From assembly GCA_048270185.1 (NCBI GenBank), contig JBLWTJ010000003.1, positions 336,990-400,989 of the forward strand: a stretch of 64,000 bases of DNA, read 5' to 3'. Below are positions 38,425 to 49,288 of the stretch, in pieces. This DNA is from Bacteriovoracaceae bacterium. GTDB lineage: Bacteria; Bdellovibrionota; Bacteriovoracia; Bacteriovoracales; Bacteriovoracaceae. Numbering within the stretch: the stretch's first letter is position 1; the number at the start of each line of letters is the position of its first letter. The notes under the pieces were generated by a model. That model saw only the letters and a list, made by a program, of their open reading frames with translations, ran no database searches and had not been told where the DNA came from. Made by a program: the position numbers and the translations under genes.

Positions 38425-39645
38425 CTATAGAAAATTAATGGCCTTCTCAACGGCCTTAATAAAATTATCAATTTCTTCTTTTGTATTATACAACGAGAAT
38501 GAAGCTCTTGCAGTAGAAGAAACCCCAAGTCTCTTCATTAAAGGTTGTGTACAGTGGTGACCTGTTCTAATTGCAACACCTTGGCGATCAAGTAAAGTCC
38601 CAATATCATGTGGGTGAGCACCTTCAATTGCAAAGGAAAGGACTGAGGCCTTCTTCTTGGCCGTTCCAATAATACGAACCTTTTCAATTTCAAGAATCTT
38701 CTGTGTTGCATAAGTTAGAAGTTCACTTTCATATTCCTTGATGACATCAAGATTACAATTTGAAATGAAATCGATAGCAGGCTTCAAGGCGATTCCACCT
38801 GCAATATGTGGTGTTCCAGCTTCAAACTTATGTGGAAGTTCGTTATATGTCGTTTTCTCTATTGTAACGACATCAATCATATCTCCACCACCTTGATATG
38901 GAGGCATACTTTCAAGAAGTTTCTCTTTACCGTAAAGAACTCCGAAGCCAGTTGGCCCAAACATCTTGTGAGAAGAAAATGCAAGAAAGTCACAATTTAA
39001 GTCTTCTACGTCAACTTTTTCATGGGCAATTGATTGAGCAGCATCAACACAGAAGTAAGCTCCATGATCATGTGCTAATTTAATATATTCTTTTATATCG
39101 TTAATTGTTCCAAGCGAATTTGAGATATGGGCCATTGAAACTAGCTTTACTTCATTATTCTTTAAGAGCTCGAGATAGGCTTCTTCATCAATGTCGCCTT
39201 CATCTGTGATTGGTATCTCACGTACAAGTGCTCCAATTTTTTCAGCTTGAATTTGCCAAGGAACAATATTTGAATGGTGCTCCATCGTTGAAACTAGAAT
39301 GACGTCATCTTTTTTTAAGTAGTGAGGAATAAAAGAGCTCGCCACAAGATTTAAGCTATCTGTTGTTCCCTTGGTGAAGATAATTTCATTACGAGAACTA
39401 GCATTAATAAAGGCCTGAACAGTATCTCTTGTTTGTTCGTACTTAATCGTTCCGTACTCACTAAGATAGTGAACTCCACGGTGGATATTGGCCACTTCAT
39501 TAGAGTAGTGCTCGTGAATTGAGTCAATAACACTTTGATGCTTTAAAGTTGAGGCCGCATTATCTAAGTAGATGAGTGGACGATCATGAACTCGTCTTGC
39601 CAGTTGTGGGAATTCAGAGCGAATTTGATTGATTTCAAATGCCAT
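38425..39645 (-). CDS. sufS: Cysteine desulfurase
   Basis: YLDNAA, EHHSNIVPW, SSHKM.GPTG, RTGHHC.QP, RASF..YNT. Confidence 0.95.
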   Translation of the reverse strand: MAFEINQIRSEFPQLARRVHDRPLIYLDNAASTLKHQSVIDSIHEHYSNEVANIHRGVHYLSEYGTIKYEQTRDTVQAFINASSRNEIIFTKGTTDSLNLVASSFIPHYLKKDDVILVSTMEHHSNIVPWQIQAEKIGALVREIPITDEGDIDEEAYLELLKNNEVKLVSMAHISNSLGTINDIKEYIKLAHDHGAYFCVDAAQSIAHEKVDVEDLNCDFLAFSSHKMFGPTGFGVLYGKEKLLESMPPYQGGGDMIDVVTIEKTTYNELPHKFEAGTPHIAGGIALKPAIDFISNCNLDVIKEYESELLTYATQKILEIEKVRIIGTAKKKASVLSFAIEGAHPHDIGTLLDRQGVAIRTGHHCTQPLMKRLGVSSTARASFSLYNTKEEIDNFIKAVEKAINFL

Positions 39646-40898
39646 TACGATTCCTTTTCAATATGGTCAAAAGCTTCTTGTTCAAAAGATTCAAAGAGAA
39701 TATCACTTAAGAATTTTTCAATCTTTTCATCTTCAACCTTATTGATAGCATCAGAGCAGAAGGCATGTATAAGAAGCTTCTGAACGCGATCTTTTGAAAG
39801 TCCGCGAGATTGAAGGTAGAAGGCTTCTTCATCACTCATCTGTCCAACTGTTGCACCGTGAGCACACTTAACATCGTCAGCATAAACTTCAAGCTGAGGG
39901 CGAGTGTCCACATGAGCACCTTTTGAAAGAAGTAAGTTCTTATTTAACTGCTCAGAGTTTACAAGTTGAGCATCACGACAAACGAGAACCTTTCCAGTAA
40001 AGACACCACGAGATTTATTATTCAGAACACCTTTGAAAAGCTGTGAGCTATCAGTTCTTTCTTTGATATGTGAAATAAGAGAGAAGTTATCAGTGTGTTG
40101 GTCACCGTTTAGAGCATAGAGTCCATCAACACTTGTTGTTGCACCAGCTGCGTTTAAGCGTACACGAATCTCATTTCTTGATTTCTTTGCACCTGTTGTA
40201 AAAGTAAATGATTTGAAGTGCGCATCTTTTGCGATATCGGCATTAACACTACTTACGTGGAATGCATTTGCACCGTCTGTTTGAACTTTTACATGAGATA
40301 CATTGGCTCCATCTGCAATATTAAAGTTAGAAACAGCATTAATATTATAGGCCTTATCACTTCCTGTGAAAATTTCAACAAAGCTGGCCTTTGAGAATTG
40401 TCCAACGTTGACATGAATACGTGGTAGGGCAAAATCCTGCGCAAAATCAGAGATGTGTACAATTGAAATAACGTCATCAAGACTTACATTCTTTGGAACG
40501 TTGATTTCAATAATATTCTCAACGGCCGAAGCATTAAGCATGGCAAAGATATCTGTTTGGTCACAATTTGCTTCACTTGCTACAAGTGCCTTTTGCTCAA
40601 CAGTGATCTCTTCAGGAAAGAATGAATCAGCTTTTGAGTATTGGCCGTTTAAAAGAACGATTTGGTACTTTCCAGCAACCTTAACATTCTTAAGCATGGC
40701 CTTTTGTGTTGTTACTGAGAATTTCTCAGGTAGAACATCTGTAAGCTTTGTATAAATCCAGTCTTCCATTTTTGTGTGTGGAAGTCCGCGGGCCTTAAAG
40801 TTTTCTAAGGCTTCTTTATTTGAATCTGATTTCGCGTAATTTGCTAGATCAGATAAATATTGGTCTGTTAATTCTTGGATATTCATTATTAATCCCAA
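39645..40898 (-). CDS. sufD: Fe-S assembly protein SufD
   Basis: E.W.YT, F.GK..V, N.NLLLS..A...RPQLEVYADDVKCAHGATVG. Confidence 0.93.
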   Translation of the reverse strand: MGLIMNIQELTDQYLSDLANYAKSDSNKEALENFKARGLPHTKMEDWIYTKLTDVLPEKFSVTTQKAMLKNVKVAGKYQIVLLNGQYSKADSFFPEEITVEQKALVASEANCDQTDIFAMLNASAVENIIEINVPKNVSLDDVISIVHISDFAQDFALPRIHVNVGQFSKASFVEIFTGSDKAYNINAVSNFNIADGANVSHVKVQTDGANAFHVSSVNADIAKDAHFKSFTFTTGAKKSRNEIRVRLNAAGATTSVDGLYALNGDQHTDNFSLISHIKERTDSSQLFKGVLNNKSRGVFTGKVLVCRDAQLVNSEQLNKNLLLSKGAHVDTRPQLEVYADDVKCAHGATVGQMSDEEAFYLQSRGLSKDRVQKLLIHAFCSDAINKVEDEKIEKFLSDILFESFEQEAFDHIEKES

Positions 40899-40901
40899 TC
40901 C

Positions 40902-41660
40902 TTATTTTGTTAGCCAGTCGTAACCTTTCTCTTCAAGTTCAAGTGCTAATTCTTTTCCACCTGACTTAATTATTTTTCCACCACTTAGTACGTGAACAAA
41001 GTCTGGAACGATATAATCAAGAAGTCTTTGGTAGTGAGTGACAAGAACGATTCCGTTGTACTTCGACTTTATCGAGTTAACACCTTTAGCAACGATCTTA
41101 AGAGCGTCAATATCAAGCCCTGAATCTGTTTCATCAAGTAGGGCAAGCTTAGGGTTAAGTACGGCCATTTGAAGAATTTCATTTTTCTTCTTTTCTCCAC
41201 CTGAGAAACCAGTATTTACTGGACGATCAAGAAATTCTTCTCTCATCTCAAGTAGGGCTAGCTTTGGCGCAAGAAACTCTCTAAATTCATCTTTCTTCAT
41301 TTCAGCTGCACCTTGTGCTTTTGAAACTTCGTTAAATGACTCCAGTAGGAAGTCGATATTTGATACACCAGGAACTTCAATAGGGTATTGAAAACCTAGG
41401 AAGATTCCTTGTTTTGCTCTTTCATCTGGTTCTAATTCGAGTAGATCAGTTTGTTTACCATTAATATTAAAATCAATTGAGCCACTAGTGACTTCAAAAC
41501 TTGGGTGACCAGCAATAACTTTTGAAAGTGTACTCTTTCCTGAACCATTTGGTCCCATGATAGCGTGAACTTCACCTGGTTTAACTTCAATTGAGATACC
41601 CTTTAGGATTTCTTTTTCTTCAACTCTTGCGTGAACATCTTTAACTGTAAGTAAGCTCAT
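40902..41660 (-). CDS. sufC: Fe-S assembly ATPase SufC
   Basis: GPNGSGKST, FQYP.EVPGV, FSGGEKK, LDETDSGLD, THYQRLL; start taken at MSLL (41660) after an AAGGA RBS. Confidence 0.96.
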   Translation of the reverse strand: MSLLTVKDVHARVEEKEILKGISIEVKPGEVHAIMGPNGSGKSTLSKVIAGHPSFEVTSGSIDFNINGKQTDLLELEPDERAKQGIFLGFQYPIEVPGVSNIDFLLESFNEVSKAQGAAEMKKDEFREFLAPKLALLEMREEFLDRPVNTGFSGGEKKKNEILQMAVLNPKLALLDETDSGLDIDALKIVAKGVNSIKSKYNGIVLVTHYQRLLDYIVPDFVHVLSGGKIIKSGGKELALELEEKGYDWLTK

Positions 41661-41670
41661 GTTTTTCCTT

Positions 41671-43104
41671 TTATCCAATACTATTTTCTAATTTCATTTC
41701 AATTAATTTTACGGCCTCAACAGAGAACTCTAGTGGAAGTTCTTTGAAAACGTCACTACAGAACCCATTAACAATCATTGAGATACACTTCTCCATATCC
41801 ATTCCACGCTGTTGTAGGTAGAAGAGCTGATCTTCTGAGATCTTAGAAGTTGAAGCTTCGTGCTCCACTGTTGCCGTATTATTTTTCACATCAATATATG
41901 GGAATGTATTTGCAGAACACTTTGAACCGACAAGCATTGAATCACATTGAGAGTAGTTCTTTGCTCCAGTTGCTGATGGCATGACTTTTACAAGTCCACG
42001 GTAATTATTTTCAGATTCTTCTGCTGAAATACCTTTTGAAATAATTGTCGACTTTGTATTCTTACCGATGTGAACCATTTTCGTTCCCGTATCGGCCTGC
42101 ATTTTATTATTTGTTAGTGCAACTGAGTAGAAAGCACCTTGAGAGTTATCGCCAATTAAATTACATGATGGATATTTCCAAGTTATAGCAGAACCAGCTT
42201 CAACTTGTGTCCATGAAATTTTTGAATTCTTTCCAAGACAATTTCCACGCTTTGTTACGAAGTTGTAAATACCACCTTTACCTTGCTCATCCCCTGCGTA
42301 CCAGTTTTGCACTGTTGAATACTTAATCTCAGCATCATCAAGTGCAATTAGTTCAACGATGGCCGCGTGTAGTTGATTCTCATCTCTTTGCGGAGCTGTA
42401 CAACCTTCAAGGTAGTTTACGTAACTTCCTTTTTCTGCAACGACGAGAGTTCTTTCAAATTGTCCTGTCTCTTTTGCATTAATTCTAAAGTACGTCGATA
42501 AGTCCATTGGACAAGTTACACCTTCTGGGATGTAAACGAATGATCCATCAGAGAAGACGGCCGCATTAAGTGCAGCATAGAAATTATCAGCTGGAGGAAC
42601 AACTGTTCCAAGATATTTTTTTACTAACTCTGGATGTTCTTGTACGGCTTCAGATATTGAACAGAATATAACTCCAACAGCTTCAAGTTCTTCTTTGTAA
42701 GTTGTCCCAACTGAAACAGAATCAAATACCGCATCTACTGCGACACCTGATATTCTTTTTTGTTCAGAAAGAGGAATCCCTAACTTCTCAAAAGTAGCTA
42801 GTAGTTCTGGGTCAAGATCATCAAGACTTTTTGGAGCACTTGCTGTCGACTTTGGGGCTGCATAGTAATATAGATCATTAAAATCAATCTCGGGGATTTC
42901 TAATTTTGCCCAATTAGGCATTGGCATCTTCTGCCAAAGACGAAAGGCCTTGAGACGATATTCAAGTAGCCACTCTGGCTCGTTCTTCTTGGCCGAGATC
43001 ATTCTGACGATGTCTTCGTTTAGGCCTTTTGGAAACTCTTGGGTTTCAATGTCTGTAAAAAAGCCGTACTTATATTCTGACTTTGTTAATTGTGTATCAC
43101 TCAT
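41671..43104 (-). CDS. sufB: Fe-S assembly protein SufB
   Basis: [51 protein letters not shown]. Confidence 0.97.
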   Translation of the reverse strand: MSDTQLTKSEYKYGFFTDIETQEFPKGLNEDIVRMISAKKNEPEWLLEYRLKAFRLWQKMPMPNWAKLEIPEIDFNDLYYYAAPKSTASAPKSLDDLDPELLATFEKLGIPLSEQKRISGVAVDAVFDSVSVGTTYKEELEAVGVIFCSISEAVQEHPELVKKYLGTVVPPADNFYAALNAAVFSDGSFVYIPEGVTCPMDLSTYFRINAKETGQFERTLVVAEKGSYVNYLEGCTAPQRDENQLHAAIVELIALDDAEIKYSTVQNWYAGDEQGKGGIYNFVTKRGNCLGKNSKISWTQVEAGSAITWKYPSCNLIGDNSQGAFYSVALTNNKMQADTGTKMVHIGKNTKSTIISKGISAEESENNYRGLVKVMPSATGAKNYSQCDSMLVGSKCSANTFPYIDVKNNTATVEHEASTSKISEDQLFYLQQRGMDMEKCISMIVNGFCSDVFKELPLEFSVEAVKLIEMKLENSIG

Positions 43105-43540
43105 GTGTGAATCCTGCCTTACTTATTAATAACTCTTCTAACGACAAATTAATTAACTGATGATTGACGTGAGAGTTAAGCTTTTCTATTGGTGAAATTA
43201 AATCGCATTTTAGATACTTGTCACAACGGCCCTTTAAAGCGTCACAGTCTGAATCTTTAATCTTTCCTTCGATGGTATTGCTAACTTCAAAGAGGTTGAT
43301 TTCAGAGAGGGGACGGCTAAGGAAGTAGCCACCTTTGATTCCTTTTATTGATGAGAGAACTCCAACACTGTTGAGTTTTTGCATCACTTTAGAGACGGGA
43401 TCAAATGGCATATTGTGTTTGTCGCAAATTTCTCTTGCAGACGTTAGCTTTTCTGCACAGCAGTGCCCTTGCTCTTGCATATGCTTGAGAGCTTTTAAGG
43501 CGTATTCTGTTTTCTTGCTAACTTTAAACATAGTCCACAA
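43097..43540 (-). CDS. Rrf2-family regulator (IscR-like) of the suf operon
   Basis: EYAL.AL, G..GGY.L.R, C-x6-C-x5-C motif; start probably ATG 43531. Confidence 0.88.
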   Translation of the reverse strand: MWTMFKVSKKTEYALKALKHMQEQGHCCAEKLTSAREICDKHNMPFDPVSKVMQKLNSVGVLSSIKGIKGGYFLSRPLSEINLFEVSNTIEGKIKDSDCDALKGRCDKYLKCDLISPIEKLNSHVNHQLINLSLEELLISKAGFTHE

Positions 43541-43722
43541 ACTTCTAGTTAAATACCGTTAGGTATTTCCATATTATTAATAATTTACGTTATGAGTTTT
43601 AAATAACGCAATATAAGTCAAAAAACAACTTATTTAAGTCCATCTTAACAAAATTTCCGATGAGATCCTATGGATTTTATTGGAATATCGACTTTTAAAA
43701 GGCTTTATAGGACAATGCTTTC

Positions 43723-44574
43723 ATGGATGAACACAATCAAAATGAACTTAATTTAAAACGATTAAAATACATTGGCTCTCTGCGTGATAAGTCAGTGGTT
43801 GAGCGCATTGAGGTTGCTCTTTTAAAGGAAGGGATCTCAATCACGAAAGAGTTTGAAAATGAATTCTTTCATCTCTTTGTTGTGGAAGCTTCAGATATTT
43901 CCAAGGCTCGTGATGTTTACCGCGTCTTTGTCGGTGCCCCGAGACAATTTACTCCCAATAAAGATTGGCAATTCGTTCAATCTTTAAAGATGGGGCCTGT
44001 GACAATTATTATCTTGGCCCTATGTTTAATTGTCTTTATCTTTGGATGGATTCTAAAGAATGAGAATCTCTACTATCTCTTCTTATTTTCAACTTCAAAG
44101 GTTGATGCCTTTGCTGATATTTCACAAGGTGAGTATTGGCGTGTGATTAGCCCCGCCTTTATTCACTTTGGCTATATTCATATTTTCTTTAACTTATTGT
44201 GGTGGAAGGAGTTAGGTAAGCTTATTGAATATAGTAAGGGAAGCTTCTTCATTATAGTTCTACTACTCTTTACTGGTATTTCATCAAATATTCTTCAGGC
44301 CGTAATGAGTCCTGGCATGTTTGGTGGTCTCTCTGGTGTGGTTTACGGCCTTCTAGGATTTCTTTGGCCTTATTCTAGGATCAATAAGAACTTTAAATTT
44401 AAACTGCCATCTTCTGATATTTATCTCATGGTTGGTTGGCTCTTTCTTGGCTTCTTTGACGTCTTTAATTTTAAAATGGCCAACTGGGCCCACGGTGGTG
44501 GCTTGGTTAGTGGAGCTCTTGCAGGCGTTATTTTCGGCCTGTTGGATCGAAATGAGAAAACTGTCCAACCTTAA
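43723..44574 (+). CDS. Rhomboid intramembrane serine protease (GlpG-like)
   Basis: WR..SP.F.H....H..FN, GLSG (catalytic Ser), AH.GGL (catalytic His). Confidence 0.92.
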   Translation: MDEHNQNELNLKRLKYIGSLRDKSVVERIEVALLKEGISITKEFENEFFHLFVVEASDISKARDVYRVFVGAPRQFTPNKDWQFVQSLKMGPVTIIILALCLIVFIFGWILKNENLYYLFLFSTSKVDAFADISQGEYWRVISPAFIHFGYIHIFFNLLWWKELGKLIEYSKGSFFIIVLLLFTGISSNILQAVMSPGMFGGLSGVVYGLLGFLWPYSRINKNFKFKLPSSDIYLMVGWLFLGFFDVFNFKMANWAHGGGLVSGALAGVIFGLLDRNEKTVQP

Positions 44575-45796
44575 GTTCGGCCAATTTAACGTTTCCTATA
44601 GCAATACGAATAAGCCTTAGTGTTGGGAAGTCAACGGCCGCACACATTCGCCTAATCTGACGATTACGTCCTTCTGAGATACGAACTTCAATCCAAGATG
44701 TTGGAATATTTTTTCGAATGCGTATTGGTGGATCTCTTTCTTCAACTTCTACTTTTTCAAGTTTCTTAACTTTAGCTGGCTTTGTTTTATAATTACCCTT
44801 AATGATAACCCCGGCCTTTAGCTTTTCAATGGCCTGGGTTGTAATATCTCCATCAACTTGAACGAGATAGGTCTTTTCAACCTTACTGTCAGCATTGGCC
44901 ATCTGATTCTTATAAACGCCATCGTTAGTTAAGATAACGAGCCCTTCACTGTCTTTATCAAGTCTTCCTACGGGATAGAGCTCTTTTGGAAGATTATAAT
45001 CAATGAGACTCTTTTGGTCTCTGTGATCCTTACCAAATTGGCAGAGAACATCATAAGGCTTATTAAAGATTATATACTCAGTCTTACCATTTGATCTCTC
45101 ACTGACTTTGAAGTTATCGAGATTGAAATCTGCTTCTATTGCAAGCTTGCGCATTTGATTAGTAAATTTATCATAGAAAGAGAGCTTGTAGGCACAAAGT
45201 CTTTGGCCACTTTGATCCTTTGAGTTCGAATAGATTGGATCACCATAAATAGGGTGTCCCATCTCTTTGGCGTGAAGGCGAATTTGATGTTTTCGCCCTG
45301 TAAAGATATGAAACTCAATGAGAGAGTAATCGGCCTTTGAATCTAGCACTCGATATTCAGTGATGGCCTTCTTACCACCTGAGTTTGTCGTCACCATCTT
45401 CTCTTCTCGGCCAATACGCAGGGCCTTAACAAAGTTTTCAATGTGACCAGAATCTTCTTTTGGTTTACCACTACATATGGCCACGTATTTCTTTGAGAGA
45501 GAATCGGGATTATGAGAACTAAATAAGTCTTGTAAGTGCTTATTGGCCTCTTTCGTCTTAGCAAAGAGTAGAATTCCGGAAGTATTAACATCAAGGCGGT
45601 GAGCAAGAGTTAAGTATTGATCAACACCATTTGCTCGAGCTTTTAAAAAGCTTTTTAGGGCGTCGGTGCAATTATCTCGGTGGCGATCCATGGTCTTGTG
45701 TACTGGCCAGCCGGCCTTCTTATGAAGGGCAATATAATGATCATCTTCAAAGATGATGTCATTTGCAGATAATCTAATTTTAATTCTTTTTTTCAC
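44528..45796 (-). CDS. Fused double pseudouridine synthase (RluA-family + RsuA/RluE-family domains)
   Basis: N-half: K.AG..VH, HRLDVNTSG, TGRKHQIR.H....GHPI.GD..Y. C-half: FNKPYDVL.Q, VGRLDKDSEGL..LTNDG, EGRNRQIRRM. Confidence 0.88.
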   Translation of the reverse strand: MKKRIKIRLSANDIIFEDDHYIALHKKAGWPVHKTMDRHRDNCTDALKSFLKARANGVDQYLTLAHRLDVNTSGILLFAKTKEANKHLQDLFSSHNPDSLSKKYVAICSGKPKEDSGHIENFVKALRIGREEKMVTTNSGGKKAITEYRVLDSKADYSLIEFHIFTGRKHQIRLHAKEMGHPIYGDPIYSNSKDQSGQRLCAYKLSFYDKFTNQMRKLAIEADFNLDNFKVSERSNGKTEYIIFNKPYDVLCQFGKDHRDQKSLIDYNLPKELYPVGRLDKDSEGLVILTNDGVYKNQMANADSKVEKTYLVQVDGDITTQAIEKLKAGVIIKGNYKTKPAKVKKLEKVEVEERDPPIRIRKNIPTSWIEVRISEGRNRQIRRMCAAVDFPTLRLIRIAIGNVKLAELKVGQFSHFDPTGRK

Positions 45797-45811
45797 GTAT
45801 TCTATTGTATC

Positions 45812-46423
45812 ATGTTTAGCATGAACGATTTACCAAATTCTCCAGCATGTGAAAGAAATAAAGATCCAATTCTTGAAAAAATTGGTCCTTATCTTAAACA
45901 ACTAAATAATGAAACTTTCTTTGAGGTAGGCTCCCTAACTTGCCAGCATAGTGAACACTTTGCTAAGGCCTTTCCCGAGATGACTTTTATCACTTCAGAG
46001 ATTCGTGATAATCAAGAAGTCTTAAAGAAATGTTTAAGTCACTACCAAGCCGAGGTAAAAAATCTTAAAGGCCCTGAAATCTATGAAGCAGGCTTTAATA
46101 AGTTACCTGCCGGTCATAAGGTCTATTATACTGCCAACACTTTGCATATTATGTCGTGGAAGCAGGCCAAGACTTTTATTAAGGATCTTACACAAGCAAT
46201 GGATGAAGAGAGTATTCTCTTTATTTATGGGCCATTCAAGTACAATGGACAATTTACAAGTGAATCTAATGAAGAATTTGATCGCTACTTAAAAGAGCGT
46301 GATTCTCAAAGCGGTATTCGTAATTTCGAAGATGTGTGCCAGAACTTCTTAAAGAAAGAAGTCTTTCTAAAAGAAGATATTAAGATGCCTGCAAATAATC
46401 AATTACTAGTTTTTACAAAGTAA
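45812..46423 (+). CDS. DUF938 family SAM-dependent methyltransferase-like protein
   Basis: S.A.ERNK.PIL, EVGS...QH, N..HI..W, YGPF...G..TS.SN..FD..LK.R....GIR. Confidence 0.88.
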   Translation: MFSMNDLPNSPACERNKDPILEKIGPYLKQLNNETFFEVGSLTCQHSEHFAKAFPEMTFITSEIRDNQEVLKKCLSHYQAEVKNLKGPEIYEAGFNKLPAGHKVYYTANTLHIMSWKQAKTFIKDLTQAMDEESILFIYGPFKYNGQFTSESNEEFDRYLKERDSQSGIRNFEDVCQNFLKKEVFLKEDIKMPANNQLLVFTK

Positions 46424-46434
46424 GTTGATAATTT

Positions 46435-48228
46435 CTACATTCTTTCTGGGGCCTTAATTCCAAGAATCGCCAGACCTTGCTTGATAATTGTGCTTGTTGC
46501 ATAAGCGAGCTCAAGTCTTGCCTGTTTTAGTGACTCTTCACTTGAAGCAATTGGGCAAGCAGCATAGAAGCTATTAAATAATTTTCCAAGCTCAAATAGG
46601 TAAGTTGTCAGTAAGCTTGTTTTATTCTGCTCACTTGCTTTAACAGCAACGTCGTTGAATAGTGAAAGCTTTTGCAAGAGTTCAAACTCTTGCTTAACAG
46701 ATAGAGCATCTGCACAGCTTGCATTAAAGGCGTGGGCCTTATCAAAAGATTGCTTACTTAATAGTGAATTGATACGAGCATAAACATATTGAAGATATGG
46801 ACCTGTGTCGCCATCAAGTTTTAACCACTCGGCCATGTCAAAAACGATTTTTCGATTATTATCAATTTTTATCATTCCGTATTTAATGGCACCATTAGCA
46901 ATGGCCGTCGCTGTCTCATCAATTTCAGCTTGATCCCAATCACCTTGATACTTATTAAGGTAATCTTCTTTAATCTTTGCTTCCATATTATTAATAAGAT
47001 CAGTTAGAGCAACGATATTACCTTTTCGAGAGCTCATTGCCCCATCTGTTAGCTCAACCATCTCATATGGCAGGTGATAGCAATCTTTGGCCTGTTCAAA
47101 TCCAATCTTTTCTAATACTTTAAAAACTTGTTTAAAGTGGAAGGCCTGGCGAGAGTCAACGATATAGATATTTTCTTCAACTCCAAATTCTTCAAATTTC
47201 TTAATGGCAAGGGCCACATCTTTTGTCGAGTAAAGTCCCGTTCCATCTGATTTAATTAGAATACAAAATCCAAGCTTATCATCACTCAAATCCATTCCAA
47301 TGGCACCGTCATCTTTAATGAAAGTTCCATTCTCATAATACGCTTTACAGATTTTTAATGAAGGCGCATCCATTTCAGACTCAAAGAACCAGCGATCAAA
47401 CTCAACATCTGCCCAGGCATAGGTTTTCTTCATGAGATCAATAGACCATTGACGAGTCTCTTTCCAAAGATCAAAAAATTCACCTTCTTCACTATGAAGT
47501 TGCTTTAAAATTTCAGTAAGCTTTGCACGGTTATCATCTTCTTTATCAGATCCCAGCTCATCTTCTAGCTTAGTATTGGCAAGAGTGTAGATTCGTCCAA
47601 GCCATTCACCTTTATTCGTTTCAGGGATTGTATCTTGATTATGGTATTTCAAATACCAAAGACATTTAGCAACGTGAGTTCCTGAGTCTCCTGGATATGT
47701 TACAGGTGTCACATCAACTCCACAGTAGTCTTTAATACGCACAAGAGCATTCCCAAGACATAGGTTTCTCATGTGACCAACGTGAAGTTCCTTATGAGTA
47801 TTAGGCTGAGAATACTCAATCATTGTCTTCTTTGTTCCGTTCGTTAATTTCTTCGTAAAGAATTCTCCACCTCTAATTTCACTAATTAAATGAGTGAAAT
47901 AGGCATCAGCAGTTAGAGTGAAGTTGATATATGGGCCTTGGGCCTTAACATCTTTTATGATTAAATCATTTTGAGTTGTAATTTTATCAAGAATTACTCC
48001 AGCAATTTGAGGTGGTGCCTGCTTTAATGCTTTTGCAAATCGAAATGTTGGAAACGCATAGTGGGCCATTTCAATATTTGGAGCTTGTCCAATTGAATCA
48101 TAGATATCTTGTCTGTTAAAATCTTGATCGGGAAAAGCATCATTTAAAGATTTTTCTAAGATATCAGTAAGTTTTGAAAGAATTGTATTTGTTTCCATCG
48201 TCGTTATCACCATTATGCTGCATAGCAA
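46435..48228 (-). CDS. argS: Arginine--tRNA ligase
   Basis: EYSQPNT.K.LHVGH.RN, K.DG..LY, MSSRKG, TGPYLQY..AR, APERM; start probably ATG 48198. Confidence 0.96.
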   Translation of the reverse strand: MLCSIMVITTMETNTILSKLTDILEKSLNDAFPDQDFNRQDIYDSIGQAPNIEMAHYAFPTFRFAKALKQAPPQIAGVILDKITTQNDLIIKDVKAQGPYINFTLTADAYFTHLISEIRGGEFFTKKLTNGTKKTMIEYSQPNTHKELHVGHMRNLCLGNALVRIKDYCGVDVTPVTYPGDSGTHVAKCLWYLKYHNQDTIPETNKGEWLGRIYTLANTKLEDELGSDKEDDNRAKLTEILKQLHSEEGEFFDLWKETRQWSIDLMKKTYAWADVEFDRWFFESEMDAPSLKICKAYYENGTFIKDDGAIGMDLSDDKLGFCILIKSDGTGLYSTKDVALAIKKFEEFGVEENIYIVDSRQAFHFKQVFKVLEKIGFEQAKDCYHLPYEMVELTDGAMSSRKGNIVALTDLINNMEAKIKEDYLNKYQGDWDQAEIDETATAIANGAIKYGMIKIDNNRKIVFDMAEWLKLDGDTGPYLQYVYARINSLLSKQSFDKAHAFNASCADALSVKQEFELLQKLSLFNDVAVKASEQNKTSLLTTYLFELGKLFNSFYAACPIASSEESLKQARLELAYATSTIIKQGLAILGIKAPERM

Positions 48229-48298
48229 ATTATTATATTTATGTTATTATCATTATAATCAATAATTTAGCAATTGTTTAGGAAAAGTACTTTATATC

Positions 48299-48688
48299 AT
48301 GTGGCAAATTTTTAAAAGTTTCGTCTTTATTTGGCTAATCTCAAGTAACTCAATATATGCTAATGAGTTTTCTAAAGATGAGTCAGATACGCCTTTGGAA
48401 GACTTTATGCAAAAGCAGGCCCAAGAATTAAAAGAGGCCCAGGACTTTAGAAGGTTCCAAACAGAGTCACCAATAGGTGAAGGATTATATAAAGGCGAGT
48501 TTCTAATTTATCTGTGTGAAAGACGTCACTTTGCCTGTGTTAACCGTTTCTCCATAGGAGAGTGTGAGAAGTTTCCAGAAAAGAAGTGTATGTTTATTCG
48601 TAAGTTTGAGGGTCAGCGAGAGTGCTTTAATAATCAGTACGAAGTGATGCTAAAATCAAAAATTGATCAATACTGTAAGTCTAACTAA
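48299..48688 (+). CDS. Hypothetical secreted Cys-rich protein
   Basis: Signal peptide ending IYA; six Cys in the C-terminal half. Confidence 0.65.
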   Translation: MWQIFKSFVFIWLISSNSIYANEFSKDESDTPLEDFMQKQAQELKEAQDFRRFQTESPIGEGLYKGEFLIYLCERRHFACVNRFSIGECEKFPEKKCMFIRKFEGQRECFNNQYEVMLKSKIDQYCKSN

Positions 48689-48693
48689 ATTTA

Positions 48694-49131
48694 CTAGTTA
48701 ATCTCACGGTACATGAGAATATGCTTTCCAATCCCATCAACTTCAAATTCTTCACCTTGCGTGTGAAAGCCTAGTTTCTCATAGAAAGGAGCGGCCGTTA
48801 CGCGTGCATTACACCAAACAAGATTACAAAAATTTTGCTTAATTATAGGAAAGGCAACGTTGAGAAGCTCTCTTGAAAGACCTTGTTTACGATAGTTTTC
48901 AAGAGTGGCCATTCCCTGAAGTTGAAATTGATTATCAATATTGAACTCAGGGTTGCGTACAAAGTAGAAGCTTGCAACAGAGACGAGACTATTGTCGACA
49001 AATGCACCGAGGTGGAAAGTGTCTTGATCCGTATCACCTTCAAAATTATAGCTAGCCTCAAAGTCATCGACGCTTAAAACAGCTTTTCTAATTCCTAGGG
49101 TGTCTTTTAAATGGATTCTTTTAACTATCAT
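48694..49131 (-). CDS. GNAT family N-acetyltransferase
   Basis: QLQGMAT...YR.QG, WCNAR..A..FYEKLGF. Confidence 0.9.
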   Translation of the reverse strand: MIVKRIHLKDTLGIRKAVLSVDDFEASYNFEGDTDQDTFHLGAFVDNSLVSVASFYFVRNPEFNIDNQFQLQGMATLENYRKQGLSRELLNVAFPIIKQNFCNLVWCNARVTAAPFYEKLGFHTQGEEFEVDGIGKHILMYREIN

Positions 49132-49288
49132 AGAGGATCTTTATACCAAATTATTAAATTCTTGTCACAATAAAGAAATAGTTAAAAGTATTCCTGATGG
49201 TTTTGATCTGATACTAGCGTAATAATTAAGTCTTTTTTGACTGAAAATGAGCTAGCTTAAAGTAGAAGGACTTGACTATAATAAATAT

